A DNA stretch of 63,987 bases from Mycobacteriales bacterium (GCA_038253135.1 JBBSHJ010000005.1:1-63987); one strand, 5' to 3'; shown: positions 38,949 to 48,764, numbered from the stretch's first letter. Numbers and translations: made by a program. The notes: generated by a model from the letters alone, not told the origin.

Positions 38949-40327
38949 CGGCCTCCGCCTCGGTCATCGGGGTCGTCGCCGGGTGCCTGTCGAAATGGGC
39001 CACGGCGTCACGGTAGTCCCGCATGAGCAGCGTCGCCATGTCGGCGCTGAACCCCTGCTTGACCAGGATCCGCTGGACCACCAGGTCCTCGCGGTGGGGC
39101 GGCAGCGTGTACGCCGGGACCAGCCAGCCCCGCGTGCGCAGGCGATCGGCGAGGTCGAAGAGCGTGAACCCGTGCTCGACGCTCTCGGTCAGCTTCCACG
39201 AGACCGCCGGGATGCCGCGCTCCGGAGCGCCGTCGAAGATCAGCTCGAACGGGCCGAGCGCGGCGATCTCCCTGGCCAGCTGCTGCGCGGTGTCGTGGCA
39301 GGACAGGTGCACCTTGCGGTAGCCCTCATGACCGAGGCGCAGCAGGTTGTAATACTGCGCCACGACCTGCCCGCCGGGGCGGGAGAAATTCAACGCGAAG
39401 GTGGGCATGTCGCCGCCGAGGTAGTTGACGTCGAAGACCAGGTCGTCGGGCAGGTCAGCCGCGTCGCGCCACACCACCCAGCCCACACCCAGCGGCGCCA
39501 GGCCGAACTTGTGCCCGGACGCGTTGATCGACCTCACTCGCGGCAGCCGGAAATCCCACTCCAGCCCGGGAGCGGTGAAGGGTGCGAGGAAGCCGCCGCT
39601 GGCGGCATCGACGTGCATCGGTACGTCGGGCCCGCCGCCGGCGGCGTGGCGGTCGAGCGCTTCGCTCACCGCCTTGACCGGCTCGTAGTCGCCCGTGAAC
39701 GTGACTCCGAGCGTTGGTACGACGCCGATGGTGTTCGCGTCCACCCGCGCCAGTGCGGTTTCCGGGCTCATGACGAGGCGGTCGCCCTCCATCGGTATCT
39801 CGCGATGCTCGACACCCCAGTAGCGGGTGAACTTGTGCCAGCACACCTGCACCGGGCCGGTCACCAGGTTGGGCCGGTCGGTCGGCGCGCCCGCGGCCCG
39901 GCGGCGCTCGCGCCACTGCCACAGCAGTGCCATCCCGCCGAGCATCGCCGCCTCGCTGGAACCGGTGGTCGACGTGCCGATCGTGTCGGCCGCGTCGGGC
40001 GAGTGCCACAGCCTGGCGATCATGTGCACGCAGCGCGACTCGATCTCGGCGGTCTGCGGGTACTCATCCTTGTCGACCATGTTCTTGTCGATGGACAGCT
40101 CCATCAGGCCGCGGGCCTCGGGCTCGTGCCACGTCTGGCAGAAGGTGGCCAGGTTCTGCCGGGAATTGCCGTCGAGCATCAGCTCGTCCGACACGACCTG
40201 AAAACGCATGCCGGGGCGCTTGCTCCCGCTCCGGCATCGCATATTTGGGCATCGCCACGGACAGATCCTTGGACGAGTAGACCTCGTCGAGCAGGTTGGC
40301 ACGCACGGTGTCACGTCGGTGCAGCAT
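38932..40327 (-). pseudogene. Glutamate decarboxylase interrupted by a 1-nt insertion
   Basis: N-terminus [42 protein letters not shown] (frame of ORF 40064..40939) joins [20 protein letters not shown]... (frame of ORF 38932..40641) if one T is removed from the TTTT run (plus strand AAAA 40201..40204). PLP-Lys motif [10 protein letters not shown]. The restored product would be ~464 aa. Confidence 0.8.
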
Positions 40328-40444
40328 CGGATGGTCCCCTTCGAGATCGATGGGCGATGGGCATGTCGACAGTGACACGGTCGCCGTCGATGCGGTATGC
40401 GTGGACCGTGCGGCCGCAGCCGCCGCCCGAGCGAGGAGGCTCCG

Positions 40445-40984
40445 ATGCCCGACGTACCCGATCCGTACGACTTTCTGCCCGACGTGCCGTCCTTTACCGT
40501 GACCAGCCAGGACATCGCCGAGGGCGCGCGGCTGGCCGATCTGCACGCGTCCGCCTTCTTCGAGGTCGACGGCGGCGAGGACGTCTCGCCGCAGCTGTCC
40601 TGGAGCGGCTTCCCGCAGGAGACCAAGAGCTTCGCCGTCACCGTCTACGACCCGAACGCGCCCACGGGCAGCGGCTTCTGGCACTGGGCGGCGTACGACA
40701 TCCCCGTCTCGACGACGTCGCTGCCGCGGGGCGCGGGCGCGAAGGACGGCGGGGCGATGCCGGCCGCGGCCGTGATGCTGAGCAACGATGCCGGTTATCG
40801 GGGGTACGTCGGCGCCGCGCCACCGGCGGGGCACGGCACCCACCACTACTACGTCGTCGTACACGCGCTCGACGTCGAGTCGCTCGGGCTGCCCGACGGT
40901 TCTACGCCGGGTTTCCTCGGCTTCAACATGTTCTTCCACACCCTCGCCCGCGGCCGCCTGGTCGCGGCCTATTCGATCGACTGA
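40445..40984 (+). CDS. YbhB/YbcL family Raf-kinase-inhibitor-like (PEBP) protein
   Basis: ATG 40445 inside ORF 40397..40984. ...[40 protein letters not shown]...[23 protein letters not shown]. Confidence 0.85.
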   Translation: MPDVPDPYDFLPDVPSFTVTSQDIAEGARLADLHASAFFEVDGGEDVSPQLSWSGFPQETKSFAVTVYDPNAPTGSGFWHWAAYDIPVSTTSLPRGAGAKDGGAMPAAAVMLSNDAGYRGYVGAAPPAGHGTHHYYVVVHALDVESLGLPDGSTPGFLGFNMFFHTLARGRLVAAYSID

Positions 40985-41793
40985 TGCCCTTCACCCTCGT
41001 CGAGCGGGACGCCGTGCGCGACGAGCTGATCGCCGCGGCGCGGGCCGATGCGCGGGTCACCGCGGCGGCGGTCTTCGGCTCGGACGCGCGCGGCGAGACC
41101 GACGAGTGGTCTGACATCGACATGGGGCTGTGCCTCGCCGAGGACGCCGATCGCGCCGCGGTGCTCACGGATTGCACGACCCGGTTGTACGACGACAACG
41201 GAGCAATTGCGCACTATGACGTATGTGCGGCCGGCGCGGTTTATCGCGTCTTCCTGTTGCAGAGCACTCTGCAGGTAGACCTGTCCGTGTGGGACGCGGC
41301 GGCGTTCGGCGCGCTCGGTCCGTCGTTCCGGCTGGTCTTCGGGACCGCGCGCGAGCTGCCGCAGCCGGAGCCGCCCGGGCCGGAGGGTGTCATCGGCGGC
41401 GCCTGGCTCTACGCGCTGCATGTGCGGTCCAGCCTCGCCCGCGGGCGGGTCTGGCAGGCCGAGCACATGTTGTCGCGCCTGCGCGAGCAGATCATTTCGC
41501 TGGCCTGCACGCGGCACGGCCTGCCGAGCGGGCAGGGCCGTGGCGTCGATCGGCTGCCGGCCGAAGCTCACGCCCAGCTGCGGCCCATGATCGCCGGCTC
41601 GCTCGCACCCGACGCCCTTGGCACCGCCTTCGCGGCCGCGACGGAGGTGCTCCTGCAGGAGGCGTCGTACGTCGCCCCCGAGCTGGCCTCGCGCCTGCGG
41701 GAGCCGCTGCGCGAGCTGGCCGTACAGGTCGGCACGCCAGCGAGGGCCGGGCGCAACACGCCGCTCGCACCCGCACGGGACACGGAGCCTTGA
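40984..41793 (+). CDS. Nucleotidyltransferase domain protein (Pol-beta fold NTase with helical C-terminal domain)
   Basis: 269 aa. The ATG overlaps the PEBP stop (TGATG). NTase motif AAAVFGSDARGETDEWSDIDMGL. This is the C-terminal part of spurious ORF 38848..41793. Confidence 0.7.
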   Translation: MPFTLVERDAVRDELIAAARADARVTAAAVFGSDARGETDEWSDIDMGLCLAEDADRAAVLTDCTTRLYDDNGAIAHYDVCAAGAVYRVFLLQSTLQVDLSVWDAAAFGALGPSFRLVFGTARELPQPEPPGPEGVIGGAWLYALHVRSSLARGRVWQAEHMLSRLREQIISLACTRHGLPSGQGRGVDRLPAEAHAQLRPMIAGSLAPDALGTAFAAATEVLLQEASYVAPELASRLREPLRELAVQVGTPARAGRNTPLAPARDTEP

Positions 41794-42722
41794 TGGGCAG
41801 GGACACGCCGCTCATCACAGTGCTGATGGCCACCTACAACGGAATGCCATTTCTGCCCGACCAGGTCACCTCGATCCTCGACCAGGGTGGCGTACGCGTC
41901 GAGTTGTTCGTCTCGGACGACCAGTCCGCGGACGGCACGTGGGAGTGGCTGCAGGGGAAGGCCCGAGATGACACACGCATCAGGTTGCTCCCTCGCGTGC
42001 ATTCAAGCGGGGGTTATGCCGCAAACTTCTACCGCCTTGTGCGCGACGTCGATTTCTCGCGACGTGACCTCATCGCATTCTCCGACCAGGACGACATCTG
42101 GTCATCGGGAAAGCTCGCACATCAGGCAGCGCTGATACGCACGACATCCGCGGACGGCGTGTCGTCAAATGTCACTGCGACGAGCCAGGATGGCCGGCGA
42201 TTCGTGATACGCAAGAGCTATCCCCGGCGCCGTTTCGACTACCTCTTCGAGTCGGCCGGACCGGGATCGACCTTCATATTTGCCCGTCGCGTCGCCGTCG
42301 CCGTGCAACGACTGCTGGCCGAGGCCGGCTCCGTCGCCGGTGAGGTCCAGTCACATGACTGGCTGGTCTACGCCGTCTGCCGTGCGCAGGGGTGGCGATG
42401 GCTGATCGATGAGTTCCCCTGGGTGGAATACCGGCAGCACGATTTCAACGCGCTCGGCGCCAATCATGGCATCCGTTCTGCGCTCCGCCGCCTCGACGAT
42501 GTCCGGCGCGGTTGGCACCGCGCCGAGGCGCTAAAGGTGGCGTGCGTCGCGGCCGCGGTAGCGCCACAAGCCGCCCGGGCCGACCTCGAGCGTCTCGAAG
42601 AATTGCTCGCCGACCGCCGGTTCCGATCCAGGTGGCGACTTGTCCGTCATGTCATGCAGATGCGGCGCCGCCCGCGCGACCAATGGCTGCTCGGCGGCAT
42701 GATCGCAAGTGGCCTCTGGTGA
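41793..42722 (+). CDS. Glycosyltransferase family 2 (rhamnosyltransferase-like)
   Basis: 309 aa. The ATG overlaps the NTase stop (TGATG). ITVLMATYNGMPFLPDQVTSILDQ...VSDDQSADGT...FSDQDDIW (DxD). Visibly lower GC than the flanks. Confidence 0.8.
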   Translation: MGRDTPLITVLMATYNGMPFLPDQVTSILDQGGVRVELFVSDDQSADGTWEWLQGKARDDTRIRLLPRVHSSGGYAANFYRLVRDVDFSRRDLIAFSDQDDIWSSGKLAHQAALIRTTSADGVSSNVTATSQDGRRFVIRKSYPRRRFDYLFESAGPGSTFIFARRVAVAVQRLLAEAGSVAGEVQSHDWLVYAVCRAQGWRWLIDEFPWVEYRQHDFNALGANHGIRSALRRLDDVRRGWHRAEALKVACVAAAVAPQAARADLERLEELLADRRFRSRWRLVRHVMQMRRRPRDQWLLGGMIASGLW

Positions 42723-42879
42723 CGCCCTACGGCCAATCAGTGCCGGTCCTGATGGTGCTGATTGTCTGGATATGTGCCGACGTCGCGTGTCGACGGAGCC
42801 GTCGGGGCAGTGCGTGCGGCCGGGAGCGAGTCGAGCACGCTTCCGGTCCGTGCTCATCGCGAGTCTGCGACCGGCTCCT

Positions 42880-43118
42880 GACGGGCACGTCGGTTGTTGC
42901 CGCCATTGGTGGGCCGGAGCGCAGTGCCAGCGAGACTACGGCGACAGTGACCAGGATCGCCGCCATGACAATGAAGGCGTTGCCATAGCTGTGCGCAAGG
43001 ACCGACATGCTGTGACCGCCGTGTCCGGTGCCCGCGATGCTCATTTTCCGGGACGACTGCGGGAATGATTCCGCCACCTACGATCCCGACGAGAGCGCCG
43101 TTGCTTTGGCCGCGCAGC
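42880..43118 (-). pseudogene. C-terminal remnant of an MFS sugar transporter (two frames)
   Basis: ..SNGALVGIVGGGIIPAVV.. (frame of ORF 43121..43354, after its stop) followed by ..KMSIAGTGHGGHSMSVLAHSYGNAFIVMAAILVTVAVVSLAL.. (ORF 42727..43077). Resembles the last two TM helices of FucP/GluP-type permeases. No upstream remainder. Confidence 0.3.
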
Positions 43119-43184
43119 TGTCAACTCCTGCCGGAGCGAGCGGCCGCCGCGTCGTCCTCGGCGATCTGCGCCGTGCTCGTGCCA

Positions 43185-43354
43185 TCACCACGGACAATGC
43201 CGAAGCGGGACGCATCGCTGGCGGATCTCGCAGGCCCGCCACTCGACGGCTTCGCGGAGCACGACAGCCATTGAGACATGGCGGCGGCGCGCTTCGGCGG
43301 CGAGCACCGCGAGGTCTTCCTCGTCGGCCGCGACCGTCGTGCGCCTAGTGCCAT
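43185..43354 (-). pseudogene. Ribbon-helix-helix (CopG-like) antitoxin-type fragment; the only ATG is in a different frame
   Basis: The frame ending at stop 43185..43187 reads ..TTVAADEEDLAVLAAEARRRHVSMAVVLREAVEW.. but has no start codon. The only nearby ATG (43354) is offset by one base. Confidence 0.3.
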
Positions 43355-43428
43355 GCGTGTGATGCTCCCATCGTCATGAGCGAGTCCCCGCAGAGGCCCT
43401 GTGTGTAATGCGCTCGGGTCGCACGGTG

Positions 43429-44037
43429 TCAGCCTCGGCGCGGGAGCCGCCCGACTATTTCGTCGATGATGGTGGGATCCGATCGCGCGCGGCGGGTCTT
43501 CGTAATCGTGCGCGGCGGCCCGTCCGGGGGAGCTCCCACATCACTGCCCGGGTCGACGGAGTCGACGGCCTGGTACCACTTCCGCAACGGCTCGCCCAGC
43601 CTGACGTGGAGATCGAATCCGCGGCGACGTCGACTCAGGTCGGACTCCCGACGTTTGCGGAGAGTGGCCGCCGACGGAATCGAGATCAGCACCAAGTCGG
43701 CCAGTCCGAGCCGCTCAGCGACGAAAGCACGCCGCGTCGCCGCCGGCTCCATCTCGAAGCGCGCGGGCGGCCGGGCGCCAATCCGGGTCAGGCACCAGCT
43801 GTAGTGCAACTTGACGGGATCGCCGTCGCAGATTGCCGATCCTGTTCGTGCCTCCGGCGTGAGGGCAGCCTTCCGCCGGGCGGCATTGGCGTCGACCCAG
43901 AGGGCCGCCCGAGCGGCCTGGTCGGACTCATCGGGCTCGGAGCCGGTCGGTGCGCATTCCTCGACGAACTCGCGGGCGTTGTGCCGCCACCAAGTCGTCT
44001 TTCCGGCGGCGCTGGGGCCCTCCACGGCGGTGATCAC
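43429..44037 (-). CDS. P-loop NTPase/kinase-like protein, unknown function
   Basis: 202 aa. Walker A at the extreme N-terminus: MITAVEGPSAAGKTTW. Begins 27 nt after the lhr stop. Confidence 0.6.
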   Translation of the reverse strand: MITAVEGPSAAGKTTWWRHNAREFVEECAPTGSEPDESDQAARAALWVDANAARRKAALTPEARTGSAICDGDPVKLHYSWCLTRIGARPPARFEMEPAATRRAFVAERLGLADLVLISIPSAATLRKRRESDLSRRRRGFDLHVRLGEPLRKWYQAVDSVDPGSDVGAPPDGPPRTITKTRRARSDPTIIDEIVGRLPRRG

Positions 44038-44064
44038 TCCGGTGCTTCCTACCCGACGCTCGGG

Positions 44065-47000
44065 CTACCCGGAAATGCGCAGGCCGCTGGGGGTCGGGCG
44101 GAAGCCGGCGTCCTCGAGCGCGCGGGCGGCGGCGGAGTCGAGCACCCGCTCGCCGTCGACCTGCCGCACGGTGAGGCGGCGGAGCCCGCCGTACCGGACC
44201 GTGCGCGCCAGCGCGGCCGCCGCGTCCCGCAGCTCGTCCTGATCGGTGCTCCAGGACAGCAGCGAACGCCCGCCGCGCTCGACGTAGAGCGTGAGCCGGC
44301 CGTCGACGAGGACCACCAGCGCGCCCGCCTTGCGTCCTGGCCGATGTCCGGCCGAACCGGGCTCTCCGTCAGGGTCGCGTTCGGGCCAGGGAAGCGCTGC
44401 CCCGTACGGGTTTGCGGGGTCCGCGGCGGCCAGCACCACGGCACGGCGCTCCGGCGGCGCTGCGCCGGGCGTCGGCTCACCGGTGCCGTCCCCGGACGCG
44501 CCGGCGAAGGCGCGGAGCCGGTCGATCGCCCCGGCCCGGGCGAACTGGGCCGCGCCGAGCCCCGCCACGACGTAGCCGCGCCGGGCCCGACCGGTGTCCT
44601 CCAGGCCGCGCAGGACCCGGTAGGCCGCGGCGAAACCGCCCGCGACCCGCTCACCGCCGGTGACCGCGCCGCGGGTCAGCACGCCGTGCCGATCGAGCAG
44701 CGCCTCGGTCTGGGCATGCAGGCGGCGGGTCGGGTCGGGCTCGCGTGGCGGCACGGCCCACCAGCGCCCGGCGACGGTCGGTGGCCCAGACCGGCTCGGC
44801 ATGCTTGGTCGGACCGCGCCGGTGAGGGACCGGCCCGGCCGTCGGAACCGGCCCTGGCCGGGGCCGGACCGGCGATGGGCGGCCCGGCCGCCGAGCAGGG
44901 TGCGCAGCGGGGCAAGCGTGTCGTTGCTCAGCCGGCCGGCCCAGACGAGATCCCAGATCACGGTGACCAGCGCGGCGTCGTCCGGCGGGTCGCGGTCGCT
45001 GCCGGAGTGGACGCGATCGGACAGCGCCCGGAAGAAGAGCGCGCCGTCGGTGCCGAGCGCGTCGAGCGTGCAGCGGTGCAGCGGTGTCAGCTCCAGCGCC
45101 GTCTCGGGCTCGGGCAGCAGCAGCTCCGCCGCATCCGCCGGGGCGAGCGAGATCCACCCGTCGGTGCCGGGCAGGGCGCCCGCACCGGTCCACACCACGT
45201 CGCCGGCGGCGGTCAGCTCGTCCAGCATCGACGGCGTGTAGTCGCGTACCCGTGCCGGCAGCACCAGTGTCTCCAGCGCCGAGGCGGGTACGACGGCGCC
45301 GGCCAGCTGCTCGAGCGCCCGGGCCAGGGCGTCGATACCGCGGCCGGCGTAGGGCCCCGCGCCCTGCCATGCCGGCAGGAACCGGGCGAGGGTTTCGGGC
45401 GGCACCGCCTCGACCTCGCCGCGGGCGCGGGCCAGCGAGCGGTTGCGCAGCCGGCGCAGGACCTGCGCGTCGCACCACTCCGTCCCGGTGCCGCCGGGCC
45501 GGAACTCACCGCGGACGACCCGCCCGGAGGAGGCGAGGGCGCGCAGCGCGGACTCGACGACGGCCGGCCCCAGGCCGAACCGCAGCGCGACATCGGCGGT
45601 GTGCACCGGCCCGTGGGTGCGGGCATAGCGCGACACGACGTCGCCGAGCGGTTCGCGCACCGGCTCGGTGAACGGCTGGGGCACCCCGAGGGGCAGCGCC
45701 GCACCAAGCGCGTCGCGCATGCGGGCGGCATCCTCGACGGCGATCCATCGCTCGGTGCCGGCGATCCGGACCCGGATGGCCCGGCGGGCGCGCTCGAGAT
45801 CGGCGAGCCACTCCGGCTTGACGCCGCGGTCGGCGGCCTCGTCGGTGCTCAGATCGCCCACAACGCGCAGGAGGTCGGCGGCCGACTCGGTGTCGGTAAC
45901 CCGCCGATCCGGATCGAGCCATTGCAGCTGGGCCTCGATCTCGGCCAACGCCTCGGGATCGAGCAGCTCCCGCAACTCGGCCGTGCCGAGCAGCTCGGCT
46001 AGCAGCGCCGGGTCGAGCGCGAGAGCCTGCGCCCGGCGCTCGGCCAGCGGCACATCGCCCTCGTAGACGAACATCCCGAGATAACCGAAGAGCAGGGACG
46101 CGGCGAATGGCGACGGTTGCGGTGTCTCGATCTCCACGAGCCGCACCCGGCGGCCGGCGATATCGCGCATCAGCCCGATCAGCCCGGGCAGGTCGAAGAC
46201 GTCCTGCAGGCACTCGCGCATCGCCTCCAGGACGACGGGGAAGCTCGGATACTCGCGGGCGACCTGCAGCAGCTGCGCGGCACGCTGGCGCTGCTGCCAC
46301 AGAGCGGAGCGCCGCTTCGGGTCGCGTTTGGGCAGCAGCAACGATCGGGCCGCGCATTCGCGGAACCGGGCCGCGAACAACGCCGAGCCGCCGACTTCGG
46401 CGGTCACCGCCTGCGCGATCTCGTCGGCGTCGAAGACCGCGATCTCGCCGCCCGGTGGCTCGGCCGCGGTATCCGGCAGCCGCAGCACGATCCCGTCGTC
46501 CGAGGGCATCGAGGACACCTCCACGCCGTACCGCTCCCGCAGCCGCGCGGCCATCGCGAGCGACCACGGCGCGTTGACCTGCGCGCCGAAGGGGGAGTGC
46601 ACGATCAGCCGCCAGTCGCCCAGCTCGTCCCGCGAGCGCTCCACCAGCAGCGTGCGATCGTCCGGTACGTGTCCGGTCGCGGCCCGCTGCTGGGCGAGGT
46701 AGGCCGCGAGGTTGGCGGCCGCCCAGGCGTCGAGACCACCGGCGGCGAGGCGGCTCTCGGCGGCCGCCGCATCGAGCACGGACAGCTCGCGCAGGAAGGC
46801 GCCGACCGCGCGGCCCAGCTCGATCGGGCGGCCGATCGCGTCGCCCTTCCAGAACGGCATCCGCCCCGGCTGGCCCGGCGCCGGCGTGACCAGCACCCGG
46901 TCGTGCGTGATCTCCTGGATCCGCCAGGACGACGTACCGAGCAGGAAGACGTCACCGACGCGGGACTCGTAGACCATCTCCTCGTCCAGCTCGCCGACCC

Positions 47001-48678
47001 GGACCGGTGTGTCGGCGACGAGGAAGACCCCGAACAGGCCGCGGTCGGGGATCGTCCCCCCGCTGGTCACCGCGAGCCGCTGCGTGCCCGGCCGCCCGGT
47101 GATGACGCCCGTGTCGCGATTCCAGGTGATCCGCGGCCGCAGCTCGGCGAATTCGTCGGACGGGTAGCGCCCGGCCAGCATGTCGAGCACCGACTCCAAC
47201 GCGCTGGCCGGCAGGTCCGCGAACGAGGCGGTACGCCGTACCAGCCCGGTCAGCTCGTCGACGGAGGTGTCGTCCATGGCGGCGATCGCCGCGATCTGCT
47301 GAGCCAGCACGTCGAGCGGGTTGCGCGGGTAGCGGATCGACTCGATCGCACCGGCCGTCATCCGCTCGGCCACCACGGTGCAGGAGACAAGGTCGCCGCG
47401 GAACTTCGGGAAGACGACGCCCTTGCTCGGCGCGCCGACGTGGTGACCGGCCCGCCCGACCCGCTGCAGCCCGGACGCCACCGACGGCGGGGCCTCCACC
47501 TGGACGACGAGGTCGACCGCTCCCATGTCGATGCCCAGCTCGAGGCTGCTGGTGGCGACGACCGCGGGCAGCCGGCCGGACTTCAGTGCCGCCTCCACCT
47601 CGGCCCGCTGCTCCTTGGAGACCGAGCCGTGGTGGGCGCGGGCCACGAGCGGCGGTGCGCCGGCCCCCGCACCCGACTCGGCCATGATCTCCGCGGGCTG
47701 GCGCGCACCGACCGCGAGCGGGAGGGCCACGCCGGTCTGCCGCTCGTAGGCCAGCTCGTTCAGCCGCGACGTCAGCCGCTCGGCCAGCCGCCGGGAGTTG
47801 GCGAAGACGATCGTCGAGGTGTGGGTCTCGATGAGATCGAGGATCCGCTCCTCGACGGCCGGCCAGATCGAGCGTCTCGGCTCGGCTCCCGCCGCGTTGG
47901 TCGGGGGCTCGCCGGTCGGTTGACCGAGCTCGGACATGTCCTCGACCGGTACGACGACCCGCAGCTCGACCGTCTTGCTGGCCGGCGGGTCGACGATCGT
48001 GACCGGTCGATGCCCCGCGAGGAACCGGGCCACCTCGTCCTTGGGCCGGACCGTGGCGGACAGCCCGATCCGCTGCGCCGGGCGAGGCAGCAGGGCATCG
48101 AGCCGTTCCAGCGAGACGGCGAGATGGGCGCCGCGCTTGGTCGCGCAGACCGCGTGCACCTCGTCGACGATCACCGTCTCGACTCCACGCAGGGCCTCGC
48201 GGGCGGCGCTGGTCAGCAGCAGGAACAGCGACTCCGGTGTGGTGATCAGGATGTCGGCCGGATGGCGTAGGAACGCGCGCCGCTGCTCCGCCGGCGTGTC
48301 GCCCGAGCGCATGGCGACCGTGATGTCGGGCTCGGGCAGACCGAGCCGGGCGGCGGCGTGCCGGATGCCGGTCAGCGGCGAGCGCAGGTTGCGCTCGACG
48401 TCCACGGCGAGCGCCTTGAGCGGGCTGACGTAGAGGACGCGGCAGCGCTTGCTCGCGTCCGCCGGCGGGTCCTTTGTGGACAGCGTGTCGATCTCGGCCA
48501 GGAACGCGGCCAGCGTCTTGCCGGAGCCGGTCGGCGCCACGACGAGGGTGTTGTCGCCGTTGCGGATCGCCTTCCAGGCCCCGTCCTGCGCGGGCGTGGG
48601 CGCTGGGAAGCTCGCGGCGAACCAGGCCCTGGTCGCCGGCGAGAAGGCCTCGAGTGGATCCACCCGTCCATCCTGCAC
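44065..48678 (-). CDS. lhr: ATP-dependent helicase Lhr (Lhr core plus long C-terminal domain)
   Basis: ORF 44065..48966 trimmed to GTG 48678 (alternative 48663), because the first ~95 codons are only the translation of a tandem DNA repeat. ...FSPATRAWFAASFPAPTPAQDGAWKAIRNGDNTLVVAPTGSGKT (Walker A), VIVDEVH (DEVH box). ~1537 aa. Confidence 0.9.
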   Translation of the reverse strand: MQDGRVDPLEAFSPATRAWFAASFPAPTPAQDGAWKAIRNGDNTLVVAPTGSGKTLAAFLAEIDTLSTKDPPADASKRCRVLYVSPLKALAVDVERNLRSPLTGIRHAAARLGLPEPDITVAMRSGDTPAEQRRAFLRHPADILITTPESLFLLLTSAAREALRGVETVIVDEVHAVCATKRGAHLAVSLERLDALLPRPAQRIGLSATVRPKDEVARFLAGHRPVTIVDPPASKTVELRVVVPVEDMSELGQPTGEPPTNAAGAEPRRSIWPAVEERILDLIETHTSTIVFANSRRLAERLTSRLNELAYERQTGVALPLAVGARQPAEIMAESGAGAGAPPLVARAHHGSVSKEQRAEVEAALKSGRLPAVVATSSLELGIDMGAVDLVVQVEAPPSVASGLQRVGRAGHHVGAPSKGVVFPKFRGDLVSCTVVAERMTAGAIESIRYPRNPLDVLAQQIAAIAAMDDTSVDELTGLVRRTASFADLPASALESVLDMLAGRYPSDEFAELRPRITWNRDTGVITGRPGTQRLAVTSGGTIPDRGLFGVFLVADTPVRVGELDEEMVYESRVGDVFLLGTSSWRIQEITHDRVLVTPAPGQPGRMPFWKGDAIGRPIELGRAVGAFLRELSVLDAAAAESRLAAGGLDAWAAANLAAYLAQQRAATGHVPDDRTLLVERSRDELGDWRLIVHSPFGAQVNAPWSLAMAARLRERYGVEVSSMPSDDGIVLRLPDTAAEPPGGEIAVFDADEIAQAVTAEVGGSALFAARFRECAARSLLLPKRDPKRRSALWQQRQRAAQLLQVAREYPSFPVVLEAMRECLQDVFDLPGLIGLMRDIAGRRVRLVEIETPQPSPFAASLLFGYLGMFVYEGDVPLAERRAQALALDPALLAELLGTAELRELLDPEALAEIEAQLQWLDPDRRVTDTESAADLLRVVGDLSTDEAADRGVKPEWLADLERARRAIRVRIAGTERWIAVEDAARMRDALGAALPLGVPQPFTEPVREPLGDVVSRYARTHGPVHTADVALRFGLGPAVVESALRALASSGRVVRGEFRPGGTGTEWCDAQVLRRLRNRSLARARGEVEAVPPETLARFLPAWQGAGPYAGRGIDALARALEQLAGAVVPASALETLVLPARVRDYTPSMLDELTAAGDVVWTGAGALPGTDGWISLAPADAAELLLPEPETALELTPLHRCTLDALGTDGALFFRALSDRVHSGSDRDPPDDAALVTVIWDLVWAGRLSNDTLAPLRTLLGGRAAHRRSGPGQGRFRRPGRSLTGAVRPSMPSRSGPPTVAGRWWAVPPREPDPTRRLHAQTEALLDRHGVLTRGAVTGGERVAGGFAAAYRVLRGLEDTGRARRGYVVAGLGAAQFARAGAIDRLRAFAGASGDGTGEPTPGAAPPERRAVVLAAADPANPYGAALPWPERDPDGEPGSAGHRPGRKAGALVVLVDGRLTLYVERGGRSLLSWSTDQDELRDAAAALARTVRYGGLRRLTVRQVDGERVLDSAAARALEDAGFRPTPSGLRISG

Positions 48679-48764
48679 CGCTGCCCCGACACGGACCTCC
48701 GCCTGCCTGGCCGGCGACCCTCCGGCGACCGGTGCGGCGGACGTCGGCGGAGCGTGATGGTGGG

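Noticed and set aside
40195-40210. Programmed +1 frameshifting in gad at TTT-TCA.
   Set aside because: There is no known recoding signal, no conservation argument, and the site is a simple T4 homopolymer. A mutation or sequencing indel is far more likely.
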